Part shown: in pieces, positions 46,713 to 56,107 of the stretch | How the letters are laid out: the number at the start of each line of letters is the position of its first letter | Position numbering within the stretch: position 1 is the first letter of the stretch | NCBI GenBank assembly: GCA_963805625.1 | Contig: CAWDVE010000019.1 | Span: 480,001 to 544,000, forward strand | Reading direction: 5' to 3' | Source of the DNA: an uncultured Candidatus Rokubacteria bacterium | GTDB taxonomy: Bacteria; Methylomirabilota; Methylomirabilia; Rokubacteriales; DASRDR01 | Length of the DNA: 64,000 bases | Notes under the pieces: generated by a model | Database searches by the model: none | Told to the model about the DNA's origin: nothing | The model's input: only the letters and a program-made list of their open reading frames with translations | Program-made: the position numbers and the translations under genes

Positions 46713-47567
46713 ATGCGCTGGAGAGACATGCGCCGCAGCGACAACGTGGAGGACCGTCGTGGGATGTCGATGGGCGGCGCGGGGATCAAGCTCGGCGGCG
46801 GAGGGCTGCTCCTGATCGTCGTGCTGAGCCTGCTGACAGGCACGAACCCCCTCGATCTCCTCAGCGGTCTGGAAGAGGCTGGGTCGCCCCCGGCGATCGA
46901 CACCGGACCCGAGCGGAAGCCGCCCGCGGACGATCCGCAGTCTGACTTCATCCGGGCGATCCTCGGGGACACCGAGGACACATGGGGCCGGCTCTTCGGC
47001 CAGGGCGGCGGGACCTACGAGCCGCCCCGGCTGGTCCTGTTCAGCGGCGCCGTCCAATCCGCGTGCGGCCAGGCGAGCGCCGCGGTCGGGCCCTTCTACT
47101 GCCCGCCCGACCGCCGCGTGTATCTGGACCTCCAGTTCTTCCAGGAGCTGAGCGAGCGCTTCGGGGCCCCGGGCGATTTCGCGCGCGCCTACGTCGTGGC
47201 CCACGAGATCGGGCATCACGTCCAGAACCTCCTGGGAGTCTCGGAGGGCGTGCAGCGGCAGCGCGGCCGGATGGACCAGGCGAGGGCCAACGCGCTCTCG
47301 GTGCGGCTCGAGCTCCAGGCGGACTGCTACGCCGGGGTCTGGGGCCACTCCGCCGCGCGGCGCAACATCCTCGAGCCGGGCGACGTCGAGGCCGCCCTGG
47401 CCGCGGCGACGGCGATCGGAGACGATCGCCTACAGAAGCAGTCGCGCGGGTACGTCGTGCCCGAGTCGTTCACCCACGGCTCATCCGCTCAGCGCGTCCG
47501 GTGGTTCCGGACCGGCCTCGAGACGGGGGACGTGCGGCGCTGCGACACGTTCGCGGCCCGGCAGTAG
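46713..47567 (+). CDS. ypfJ: YpfJ-like neutral zinc metallopeptidase
   Basis: MRW..RRSDNVEDRR, GPFYCP, AHEIGHHVQ, ELQADC, FTHGSS. Confidence 0.92.
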   Translation: MRWRDMRRSDNVEDRRGMSMGGAGIKLGGGGLLLIVVLSLLTGTNPLDLLSGLEEAGSPPAIDTGPERKPPADDPQSDFIRAILGDTEDTWGRLFGQGGGTYEPPRLVLFSGAVQSACGQASAAVGPFYCPPDRRVYLDLQFFQELSERFGAPGDFARAYVVAHEIGHHVQNLLGVSEGVQRQRGRMDQARANALSVRLELQADCYAGVWGHSAARRNILEPGDVEAALAAATAIGDDRLQKQSRGYVVPESFTHGSSAQRVRWFRTGLETGDVRRCDTFAARQ

Positions 47568-47649
47568 CGGGAGGCGCGGCGCCCCTCGGGGCGCGAGTCT
47601 GATTGCTGCGGGGGACTGGCTCCCGTTACTGTCCCCGCCGCGGGTGACC

Positions 47650-49155
47650 TCAGGACCTGTCGGCCAGCCGCGCTCCTGCCTGCCGCACGATCCCGATCAG
47701 GGCGTCGACGTCCGCCTCCGTCGTTCCGTAGTGGAGCACGCAGGCGCGCAGCGCGAACCGACCTCGCAGCACGGTGCCGGTGAGGAAGGCCTGCCCCTCG
47801 GCCTGGACCCGCTCCACCAGGAGCTTGTTCAGCGAGTCGAGCTGCGTGGCATCCTCGGTCCATCCCGGTGGCGCGTAGCGAAAGCACACGACCGAGAGCT
47901 CCGCGGGAGCCACGCACTCGAGGTCGGGCGCGTCGTCGACGGCAGCAGCCAGGCGATGCGCCAGGGCGACGTGACGACGGACCAGCGCGGCCACGCCGGT
48001 CCGGCCGAGGTGCTGGAGGACCATCCAGAGCTTGAGGGCCCGGAAGCCCCGGGTCTGCTGGAAGCCGTACTCCGAGTACCAGGGGAGCCCCCCGAAGCCC
48101 TTGCCCTCCTCCGTCCGGAGGTAGGGGGGCACGAGGCTCCACGTGTCCCGCAGGAGGCGTCCGTCCCGGACGAGCGCGCACCCGCACTCCACCGGCACGG
48201 AGAGCCACTTGTGCGGGTCGAGCGCGAGCGAGTCCGCGCGCCCGAGCCCCGCGTAGCGGGCAGCGAGGGCCGGGTCCGCAACGCCGATGGCGCCGTAGGC
48301 GCCGTCGACGTGGAACCAGAGCCCCTCCGTCTGGCAGAGGGTGGCCACATCGTCGAGCGGGTCGATCGCGCCGGTGTTGACGGTTCCCGCGCTCGCCGCC
48401 ACGCAGAAGGGACGGCGCCCGGCGGCACGGTCCCGGGCAATGGCAGCGCGGAGCGCTCCCACGTCCATCCGCAGGTCGTCGTCCACGGGGACCGTCCGCA
48501 CCCCGTCCCCGCCGAGGCCCAGGACCTCCGCCGCCTTCCGCATGCAGCTGTGGCTCTCCTCCGAGAGGTAGAGGACGAGGGGCGCGGGGGTGCCCCGGAG
48601 TCCCTGGGCCCGAACGTCCCAGCCGTCAACGGCCAAGGCGCGGTGCCGCGCGGCGGTGAGGCACGTGAGGGAGGCTGTGGACCCTCCGCTCACCAGGAGC
48701 CCCATGCTGCCCTCGACCGGGAAGCCGACGAGCTCCATCAGCCACCGGACGGCCGCGCGCTCGATGTAGATGGCCGCGTGGTCTCCGCCGGCGCAGCTCG
48801 GATCGAGGGCCGCCGCGAGGAAATCCGCCACGATGCCGACGGGTGCCGGCGGTGAGTTCACCCAGCCGAAGAACCGCGGATGCCCGTTCCCCATGGGATG
48901 CGTGAAGACCTCACGCCCGACGAGGGCGAGCAGGGTCTCGGGGGACACCCCTCGGTCGGGCAGGGGACGCTCGAGGAGCGTCGCGCGCTCCGCCGGGGTC
49001 ATCGGCGCGAAGACCGGCCGGTCGCGGATCCCGTCGAGGTGGTCGGCGATCAGGTCCACCGCCGCGTGAGCGAGTCGCCGGAACGTGTCCGGGGTCATGG
49101 CTGGCGGCGCGGGGTCGAGCGGGGTCAGAGCCGACGGTGTCGGTGTCGGGGTCAC
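47650..49155 (-). CDS. group II PLP-dependent decarboxylase (aromatic amino acid/DABA decarboxylase-like)
   Basis: HPRFFGWV, VSGGS, GTVNTGAID, HVDGAYG, DPHKWL; GTG overlaps the XRE stop (alternative ATG 49098). Confidence 0.92.
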   Translation of the reverse strand: MTPTPTPSALTPLDPAPPAMTPDTFRRLAHAAVDLIADHLDGIRDRPVFAPMTPAERATLLERPLPDRGVSPETLLALVGREVFTHPMGNGHPRFFGWVNSPPAPVGIVADFLAAALDPSCAGGDHAAIYIERAAVRWLMELVGFPVEGSMGLLVSGGSTASLTCLTAARHRALAVDGWDVRAQGLRGTPAPLVLYLSEESHSCMRKAAEVLGLGGDGVRTVPVDDDLRMDVGALRAAIARDRAAGRRPFCVAASAGTVNTGAIDPLDDVATLCQTEGLWFHVDGAYGAIGVADPALAARYAGLGRADSLALDPHKWLSVPVECGCALVRDGRLLRDTWSLVPPYLRTEEGKGFGGLPWYSEYGFQQTRGFRALKLWMVLQHLGRTGVAALVRRHVALAHRLAAAVDDAPDLECVAPAELSVVCFRYAPPGWTEDATQLDSLNKLLVERVQAEGQAFLTGTVLRGRFALRACVLHYGTTEADVDALIGIVRQAGARLADRS

Positions 49156-49802
49156 GGGCGTCTCCTCACGCCGGCCGGGAGCACCCGCCCTCGCCGTGCG
49201 TGTGGGCTGCTCTCCACCAGCGCCATGGCGAGGTAGTACACGCAGGGCTCGCGGCCCGGGTTGACGAACTGGTGGTGGCAGTCCCCCGCGTAGTACGCGC
49301 TGTCGCCCGCGCGGAGCGTGTGAGGGGTGCCGTCGACCGTCAGCTGGAGGGTGCCGCGCTCCACGGCGAGGTACTCCCGGGAGCCACGTGCGTGAGGCGC
49401 GAAGACGCCGGCGTCCACCCCGGGCGCGATCGTCGTCCGCATCAGCTCGAACTCGACCCCGGGCAGCACGGGGGAGAGGATCCGGCGCTCCCACCCCGAG
49501 GGATCCCGCACGACGTCCTGGGCGGCGTGGCGCAGGATGACAACACGCGCGGCGCGCTCCTCGCCCAAAAGCCGCGCGATGCTCGTGTCGAGGGCGGTGG
49601 CGATGCGGTCGAAGACAAGGACGGTCGGCACCTTCCCACCGCGCTCGACGGCCGAGAGCATGCTCCGGCTGACCCCGGCCCGCCCAGCGACGGCGTCGAG
49701 CGACAGGCGTCGGTCGAGACGCGCCGCCCGGACCCGGGCCCCGAGCTCCGATACGTCGAGTCCCGTCGAGAACCGTGCGGTTACATTGCGCGTCGACACC
49801 AT
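49152..49802 (-). CDS. XRE-family HTH regulator with cupin sensor domain (PuuR/SutR-like)
   Basis: LSLDAVAGRAGVSRSMLSAVERG..PT, PHARGSREYL, GDSAYY..H.F.N. Confidence 0.92.
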   Translation of the reverse strand: MVSTRNVTARFSTGLDVSELGARVRAARLDRRLSLDAVAGRAGVSRSMLSAVERGGKVPTVLVFDRIATALDTSIARLLGEERAARVVILRHAAQDVVRDPSGWERRILSPVLPGVEFELMRTTIAPGVDAGVFAPHARGSREYLAVERGTLQLTVDGTPHTLRAGDSAYYAGDCHHQFVNPGREPCVYYLAMALVESSPHARRGRVLPAGVRRRP

Positions 49803-49836
49803 GGTGGATGATATTCCACTATAGTGGATGCCGCAA
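49795..49836 (-). promoter_or_regulatory. autoregulated leaderless promoter with tandem palindromic operators
   Basis: TTGCGG-17 bp-TATCAT-5 nt-ATG. Perfect palindrome TCCACTATAGTGGA (49815-49828) lies in the spacer; a second site CACCATGGTG (49797-49806) covers the ATG. Confidence 0.72.
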
Positions 49837-50032
49837 GCCTCGCCTCCCCGTCACACCGTGTAAGAACCATCGTGTAGCGGCTACCCGACCGGGGGGCCCC
49901 GGCCGGCCGGGTGACGGCCCGGCGGCGCCGGTGAGCTAGCGCGCTGCCCATATTGCAGCGGATTTAGGTGCCGGGCGAGCGTGGTTGCCAGCGATCGGAG
50001 GTGTGGCACTCATCTTGCCCGCGTTCAAACCG

Positions 50033-50287
50033 ATGCGGCCCTCGTCCGTTCAGCTAGCACCCCTCCTGCTCACCGTCCCCGACACTGCCCGTCGCCTCCG
50101 GCGCCACGAGCAGACCATCCGTGCCATGATCCGCCGAGGAGACCTGGCGGCGATCCGGTTGGGCCGCCTGGTGCGCGTCCTCGCGGCCACCGTCGATGGG
50201 GCCGGCGCGGGGATGGGGCAGGCCGCCGTCCGTCCACGGACGCCGCGACGTGCGCTCCGGCGGCTTCCCGTGCGGGCCCGCGCCTAG
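50033..50287 (+). CDS. excisionase-like (HTH_17) DNA-binding protein
   Basis: LLTVPDTARRLRRHEQTIRAMIRRGDLAAIRLGRLVRV; start uncertain. Confidence 0.7.
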   Translation: MRPSSVQLAPLLLTVPDTARRLRRHEQTIRAMIRRGDLAAIRLGRLVRVLAATVDGAGAGMGQAAVRPRTPRRALRRLPVRARA

Positions 50288-50303
50288 CCCGGGGCCATCC
50301 GCG

Positions 50304-50831
50304 ATGTCGCGAGACGTGGAGCGCGCTGCGGAGGACCTCCTTGGCCGAGCCCGCCAGGAGCTTGCCGTAGCCGAGCAGGACGAGGCCGCGGAGCGTGCGG
50401 TGCTGATGGGCCTGATCGATCGGGATCGCCATCTCCGATACGCGATGGAGCAGGCGTCCACGACGATCCGGACGACCCGGGACGTCGAGGGCCTCCGTCA
50501 GATGCGTGCCCGGCTCGACACCCTCGAGCGGGAGCGCCACGCGCTGATGGCGAGCCGCCGCGAGCAGGAGATGACGGTCGATCAGCGGCGAGACCGTACC
50601 CGGACCACGCGGCTCGCGGTGGAGGAGCTCGAGCAGCGAGCCCTGCGGCTCCGCGAGATGATCCGCCACACCGAGCACCAGCTGATGATGCGCCAGCGCA
50701 CCATTGCCGAGCTCGAGGGTCACGTCCTGCGCCTTCTCGACGAGCTGCCCCGCGTCCGGACCTTGCACGGGGAAGCCGAGGCGCGCCTGGCCGGGCTCCG
50801 GCGCGAGCTCGCCGAGCTCGACGGCAGCTGA
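50304..50831 (+). CDS. coiled-coil hypothetical protein
   Basis: Heptad-like, E/R/L-rich helical sequence with coding-like codon use. Confidence 0.65.
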   Translation: MSRDVERAAEDLLGRARQELAVAEQDEAAERAVLMGLIDRDRHLRYAMEQASTTIRTTRDVEGLRQMRARLDTLERERHALMASRREQEMTVDQRRDRTRTTRLAVEELEQRALRLREMIRHTEHQLMMRQRTIAELEGHVLRLLDELPRVRTLHGEAEARLAGLRRELAELDGS

Positions 50832-50861
50832 CTCGCCCCCGGGAGCCCCGCCCGGGCGGGC

Positions 50862-52472
50862 TCAGTTGATCCGCTTCTCGCGGTCCCCCCACTCCTTGTT
50901 CCGCAGCACGAACTTCTGGATCTTTCCGGTCGACGTCTTCGGCAGGTCCCCGAACTCGATCGCTGCCGGGCACTTGAAGTGCGCGATGTGCTGGCGGCAG
51001 TGCTCGATGATCTCGGCCTCGGTCACCTGCGCACCCGGCTTGAGCGTCACGAACGCCTTGGGGCGCTCGCCCCACTTCTCGTCTGGGATCGCCACGACCG
51101 CGCACTCCATGACCGCCGGGTGTTTGGCCACGGCCTGCTCCACCTCGATAGTCGATATGTTCTCGCCGCCCGAGATGATGATGTCTTTCTTCCGGTCGCG
51201 CAGCTCGATGTAGCCGTCGGGGTGCCACACGGCGAGGTCGCCCGAGTGGAACCACCCGCCCCGGAATACCTCGGCCGTCGCCTGCGGGTTCTCGAAGTAC
51301 CCCGTCATCACGTTGTTGCCGCGCATCACGACCTCGCCGAGCGTCTCGCCGTCCATGGAGACGTCCTGCATCCCGTCGTCGACCACGCGCACGAGGTCGG
51401 CGATGACGTACCCCTGGCCCTGCCGGGCGGCCAGGCGGGCCCTTTCGTCCTGGGGCTGGGCATCCCACTCCGGGTGCCACGCGCAGACCGTATGGGGGCC
51501 GTACGTCTCGGTGAGCCCGTAGACGTGCACGGGACGGAAGCCGAGCCCCCGCATCTTACCGAGCAGGGTCGGGGAGGGAGGCGCCCCCGCCACCGCGGCG
51601 GTCACCGGGCGGACGAGCGGGTGGGCCTTGGGGTCGTTGACGATCCCGATCTGTACGGTGGGCGCGCCGCAGTAGTGGGTGATGCCCTCGGCGTCGATCA
51701 GGTCCCACACACGGCCGGACTCGACCCGCCGGAGGCACACGTGAGTCGCGCCGAACGCGGTGACCCCCCATGTGAAGCACCAGCCGTTGCAGTGGAACAT
51801 CGGCAGGGTCCACAGGTACCGGGCGTCGAACGAAAGCCCGGTCTCCAGGGTCTCGCCGATGGCGTTCAGATAGGCGCCCCGGTGATGGACCATGACGCCC
51901 TTCGGCCGGCCGGTCGTCCCCGAGGTGTAGTTGATCGAGATCGTCTCGTACTCGTCCTCCAGCCAGGGCTCGCACGGGTCAGGCGAGCCGGCCGCCAGGA
52001 AGTCCTCGTAGGGGTCGCCGGGGGCGCCGGTGTCGTCGATGCGCACGACGCGGAGCCCGGCCGGAATCGATCGCAGCGCGGGCTCGAATTCCCGGTCGAC
52101 GAAGAGGACCTTCGCGCCCGAGTGCTCCAGGATGTAGCCGATCTCGTCCCCGCTGAGCCGGGTGTTGATGGGGACGAGGACCAGGCCGCCTGCGGGCACC
52201 CCGAAGTGCGCCTCCAGCATCGCCGGCGTGTTCGGCGCGATGATGGCCACGCGGTCGAGATGGCGGAGCCCGAGCGCGCGCAGGTGCGACGCCAGCCGGT
52301 TCGCTCGCTCCTCGAACTGGCGGTAGGTGTACCGCCGCGCCCCGTGGATCACCGCGATCCGGTCAGGGAACACGTACGCGCTGCGACGCAGGAACGAGAC
52401 CGGCGTCAGCTCGGTGCGATAGGGTTGCCGCTCCCGATCGACCCCCACGACCTTCTTCGCGTTCGGAGACAT
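50862..52472 (-). CDS. acyl-CoA synthetase (AMP-binding)
   Basis: YTSGTTGRPKG, LPMFHCNGW, YGLTET, WFHSGD, SGGENIS, LPKTSTGKIQK. Confidence 0.95.
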   Translation of the reverse strand: MSPNAKKVVGVDRERQPYRTELTPVSFLRRSAYVFPDRIAVIHGARRYTYRQFEERANRLASHLRALGLRHLDRVAIIAPNTPAMLEAHFGVPAGGLVLVPINTRLSGDEIGYILEHSGAKVLFVDREFEPALRSIPAGLRVVRIDDTGAPGDPYEDFLAAGSPDPCEPWLEDEYETISINYTSGTTGRPKGVMVHHRGAYLNAIGETLETGLSFDARYLWTLPMFHCNGWCFTWGVTAFGATHVCLRRVESGRVWDLIDAEGITHYCGAPTVQIGIVNDPKAHPLVRPVTAAVAGAPPSPTLLGKMRGLGFRPVHVYGLTETYGPHTVCAWHPEWDAQPQDERARLAARQGQGYVIADLVRVVDDGMQDVSMDGETLGEVVMRGNNVMTGYFENPQATAEVFRGGWFHSGDLAVWHPDGYIELRDRKKDIIISGGENISTIEVEQAVAKHPAVMECAVVAIPDEKWGERPKAFVTLKPGAQVTEAEIIEHCRQHIAHFKCPAAIEFGDLPKTSTGKIQKFVLRNKEWGDREKRIN

Positions 52473-52545
52473 CCGGTCACCTCCGTCCAGGGATGGCCGC
52501 CATCTTACCTGAGAGCGAGGGGCGAGAGGCCGCGCAGTTCCGACC

Positions 52546-53214
52546 CTACGGCTGCCAGAAGCGCGGGTAGAGCCCGAGCAGTTGGGGGAGGACGGACCGC
52601 ACCTCGGGACGGCGGCGGGCCTCGACGTAGCGCGCCCGGATGGCCGGGTCCCGGAGGTTTACCACCCCTTGGAGGCAGCACATGATCGACTCGGGGTCGT
52701 CGGTGTGGGGAAGGCCCAGCGCGTGGCCGATCTCGTGCGCCGCCACCTGGAACAGGACCGTCTCGCGCGAGGTCGCGCCCATCGCGGTCGGCTCCGCGAG
52801 GTCGATCCGGACCGGGAGGCGAATCACGCCGGCGTCGTCCACGTCCAGGTGCGCGTAGCCGAGCGGCCGGTCGGTCGCCACCGGGACGAATCGGATCACG
52901 ACGTCGGCTCCCTCCTCGCGGTCCTGCCAGCGGAACAGCTCGACGCCGAGCCCTTCCCGGGCGACGGCGTTCCAGTCGTCCACCGCGCGGCGGAGCGGCG
53001 CCTCGAGCGCGGCGTCTCGCGGCGGGACGAGGTGGACGGCGAGCGGCAGGCGGTCCCGCGAATGGCCGATAGGCCGGGCCGTGTCGACCGTCTCCGACGC
53101 GCGGGCCCCACCGGCCGCGGCGAGCGCGCCCGCGAGCAGGAGCAGGGTCAGGGCGCGGCGAGCGGCAACGGCGGCCCGCGTGGCGAGGGCTCTGGAGCGG
53201 GTCGGACCGGTTAC
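52546..53214 (-). CDS. secreted matrixin/metzincin metalloprotease (start codon unclear)
   Basis: Signal-like LTLLLLAGALAAA, HEIGHALGLPH, SIM Met-turn. Confidence 0.82.
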   Translation of the reverse strand, partial: VTGPTRSRALATRAAVAARRALTLLLLAGALAAAGGARASETVDTARPIGHSRDRLPLAVHLVPPRDAALEAPLRRAVDDWNAVAREGLGVELFRWQDREEGADVVIRFVPVATDRPLGYAHLDVDDAGVIRLPVRIDLAEPTAMGATSRETVLFQVAAHEIGHALGLPHTDDPESIMCCLQGVVNLRDPAIRARYVEARRRPEVRSVLPQLLGLYPRFWQP

Positions 53215-55952
53215 GGCAGCGGTCCGGCGACGACGACCGTCGCCCGGTCCGGATGGAGGTGGGCGCGCGCCGCCTCGTTCACCTGCTGGACGGTGACGGC
53301 CCGGTAGTAGCCCGCGTAGCGGTCGATGTAGTCCGCGCCGAGGTTGAAGAAATCCATGGCCCACAGGATCTCGGCGACCCCCGCGCTGGTCTCGAGCCTG
53401 AGCGGGAAGCGACCGGTGAGGTAGGCGACTGCCTCCTCGACCTCGCGGGGCGTCACGCCGTCCCGGCGGATACGTTGGATCTCGGACTCGAGCGCGGCCA
53501 CTGCCTTTCGGGCGTTCGCGGGGTTCGTGCCCAGGGCCACGCGGAAGGGGCCCGGGGAGAGGCCCGCGTCGAAGTAGCCGTAGACGGAGTAGGCCAGACC
53601 CTGGTCGTCGCGAATGGCCGTGCTGAGCCGGCTGGTCAGCGCGCTGCCGCCGAGGACGAGAGCCATGACCTGGGTGGAGTAGAAGTCAGGGTCGCTCCGG
53701 CGGAGTCCGCCGGCGTGGCCCCAGATGATCGTCGCCTGGCTCTTGTCCGGGATGGGGATCTCCACCGCCCCGGGCGCCGCCTGGAGCGACAGGTCGGGTG
53801 GGACGATGGGCCAGGTCTCGGGATTGCGCGGCCAGTCGCCCAGCCGCTTCTGGAGCGCCTCCCGGACCTGCTCGGGCGCCACGTCCCCCGCCACGACGAC
53901 GATCATCCGGTCGGGGCCGTACTGGCGGCGGTGAAAGGCGACGAGGTCGTCCCGCGTCGTCGCGGCGATCGTCTTCTCCGATTCCTCGAAAGTCTCCGGG
54001 CGGAGTATGTGGCCCGGCGGATAGACGGCTCGGTCGAAGGCAAGCCCGGCGACCCGGTCTGGATTCGTCTTCGCCTGGGCGATCCCCGCTAGCGCCTCGC
54101 TCTTGAGCCGATCGAAGTCGGCGGCCGGAAACGTGGGCTGCCGGAGCATCTCGGTGAAGAGATCCAGCACCAGATCGAGGTCCCGCGTGAGCGCTTGGCC
54201 AGTGATGGTCGTCACCAGCGTGTCGGCGCTGGCTCCGAGGCCTGCGCCCACGTCCTCGAGCGCCGTGGCGAAGCCGAGCGCGTTGCGTTTCTCGGTGCCG
54301 CGGCTCAGCATGGCGGCGGTGAATCCCGCCACGCCGAGCCGGCCCGGAGACTGGGCGAGCGACCCCGCCGGGACGCTTGCCCGGAGCGCGACGGTCGGGG
54401 TCGCGTGATTCTCCTGCACGATGACGGAGATGCCGTTGTCGAGCGCGAACCGCGTCACCTGGCGGTTCGGCGCCCGGGTTACGGGCGCGCGGGGCAGGGG
54501 AATGGGCCGGTCGCCGCGCTTCGGCCGCTCGACCCGGGCCGACGCCTCTCGCGGGGGCGGCGGGGCGGGCCCGCCGCCGTCGGACGGGACGAAGTGCCCG
54601 ACCGTGCGGGTATCGACGCTGAACGTGCGCCGGGCCACCGCCTGGACGTCGGCCGCCGTGAGAGCCCGGATGCGATCGAGGTAGGTCGTGAGGTAGCGCC
54701 AGTCGCCGATCATGGCCCAGTAGCCGAGCTGACGGGCCTGCGCGGTCACGCTGTTCGTCTGGAACACGAAGTCGGCCTCGGCGCGCCGCTGGGCGCGGGC
54801 CAGCTCCTCGTCGGTGATGGGAGTCGCCGTCACGCGCTCCACCTCCTCGAGGAGGGCGGTCTCCAGCCGCTCGGCCGTGACACCAGGGCGGGCGGTGGCG
54901 CTCACGGAGAAGAGGAAGGGATCCCGGAGGCTCGGCGATCCGGCGTCGACGCGCGCCGCCACGCCCTTCTCGACGAGCGCCTGGTAGAGCCGGCTCGTCC
55001 GCCCCTCGCCGAGTACTCCGGCGAGCACGTCGAGCGCATAGGTGTCCGGATGCAGGGCGGGCGGTGCCTTCCAGGCGATCAGCGCCATGGGCAGGGATCC
55101 CGAACGCCGCACGGTGACGCGCCGCTCCCCGCGCTGCGGGGGCTCGACCGTGTGGACCTCGGCAGGCTTGGGAATCGGCTTGATGGGGCCGAAGTACTGC
55201 CGGACCAGCCGGAGCGCGTCGGCGGCCGTGACGTCACCGACGACGACCGCGACCGCGTTGCCGGGGCCGTAGTGCGTCCGGTAGTACTGGTAGATGGCGT
55301 CCCGAGACACGTTCTCGACGTCGCTCCGCCAGCCGATCACCGGCCAGTTGTAGGGATGGGCCTGGAAGGCCACCGACACCACGGCCTGCCACAGGAGCCG
55401 TCCGGGGCTGTTCTCGCCGCCCTCCAGCTCGCTCCGCACCACGGTCATCTCGGCGTCCAGGTCCGCCTTGTCGATCCGGCTGTTGACCATCCGGTCGGCC
55501 TCGACGCGCATCGCGAGGTCGAGCCGGTCGGCGGCGATCGTCGCGTAGTAGTTCGTCCAGTCGTAGTAGGTGCTCGCGTTGAAGGCGGCGCCGTTGAGGG
55601 ACAGGGTCCGGGCGATCTCGCCCAGCCGGTATTGCCGCGTACCCTTGAAGAGCATGTGCTCGAGGAGGTGGGACACCCCGGTGATTCCCGTGTGCTCGTT
55701 GCGCGACCCGACCCGGTACCAGACGCTGAAGCTGACGACCGGTGCGCTCCGGACCTCCTTGACGAGCACGGTGAGGCCGTTCGGCAGCACGGTCTCCTGG
55801 ACGCCCGTGGTCAGAGCCGACGCGGCGGAGGGGGCGGGCGGGGTGGCCCCGCGCGCGGCGCCGCCGACGGCCCCCAGCAGCGCGAGCAGGGCCAGGAGGG
55901 CGGCGAGTCGCGGAGTCGGACGACGGACTCGCAGGACGCGGGGCGGGCTCAC
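53211..55952 (-). CDS. secreted M16 (insulinase/pitrilysin) zinc peptidase, four-domain
   Basis: Signal peptide, LPNGL, GVSHLLEHMLFKGT, NAST; the second half lacks HxxEH; IRDDQGLAY. Confidence 0.92.
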   Translation of the reverse strand: MSPPRVLRVRRPTPRLAALLALLALLGAVGGAARGATPPAPSAASALTTGVQETVLPNGLTVLVKEVRSAPVVSFSVWYRVGSRNEHTGITGVSHLLEHMLFKGTRQYRLGEIARTLSLNGAAFNASTYYDWTNYYATIAADRLDLAMRVEADRMVNSRIDKADLDAEMTVVRSELEGGENSPGRLLWQAVVSVAFQAHPYNWPVIGWRSDVENVSRDAIYQYYRTHYGPGNAVAVVVGDVTAADALRLVRQYFGPIKPIPKPAEVHTVEPPQRGERRVTVRRSGSLPMALIAWKAPPALHPDTYALDVLAGVLGEGRTSRLYQALVEKGVAARVDAGSPSLRDPFLFSVSATARPGVTAERLETALLEEVERVTATPITDEELARAQRRAEADFVFQTNSVTAQARQLGYWAMIGDWRYLTTYLDRIRALTAADVQAVARRTFSVDTRTVGHFVPSDGGGPAPPPPREASARVERPKRGDRPIPLPRAPVTRAPNRQVTRFALDNGISVIVQENHATPTVALRASVPAGSLAQSPGRLGVAGFTAAMLSRGTEKRNALGFATALEDVGAGLGASADTLVTTITGQALTRDLDLVLDLFTEMLRQPTFPAADFDRLKSEALAGIAQAKTNPDRVAGLAFDRAVYPPGHILRPETFEESEKTIAATTRDDLVAFHRRQYGPDRMIVVVAGDVAPEQVREALQKRLGDWPRNPETWPIVPPDLSLQAAPGAVEIPIPDKSQATIIWGHAGGLRRSDPDFYSTQVMALVLGGSALTSRLSTAIRDDQGLAYSVYGYFDAGLSPGPFRVALGTNPANARKAVAALESEIQRIRRDGVTPREVEEAVAYLTGRFPLRLETSAGVAEILWAMDFFNLGADYIDRYAGYYRAVTVQQVNEAARAHLHPDRATVVVAGPLP

Positions 55953-56107
55953 ACTCCCAGTATAGGGCCTCGCACCACGCGCGGGCCGGGTGATGCCGTC
56001 GTCGAGGCCGGCCGGGGGCCGAGCGAAGCGTGGTATCTTGAGGCGGTCGCCGCGCCGCCCGGCCGGCATGTCTCCGACGACCCCCAAGCGACGAGGATCA
56101 GGAATAC

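Noticed and set aside
49850-50860. Prophage or ICE around the excisionase-like gene
   Set aside because: No integrase, structural, replication or conjugation genes and no attachment repeats were seen.
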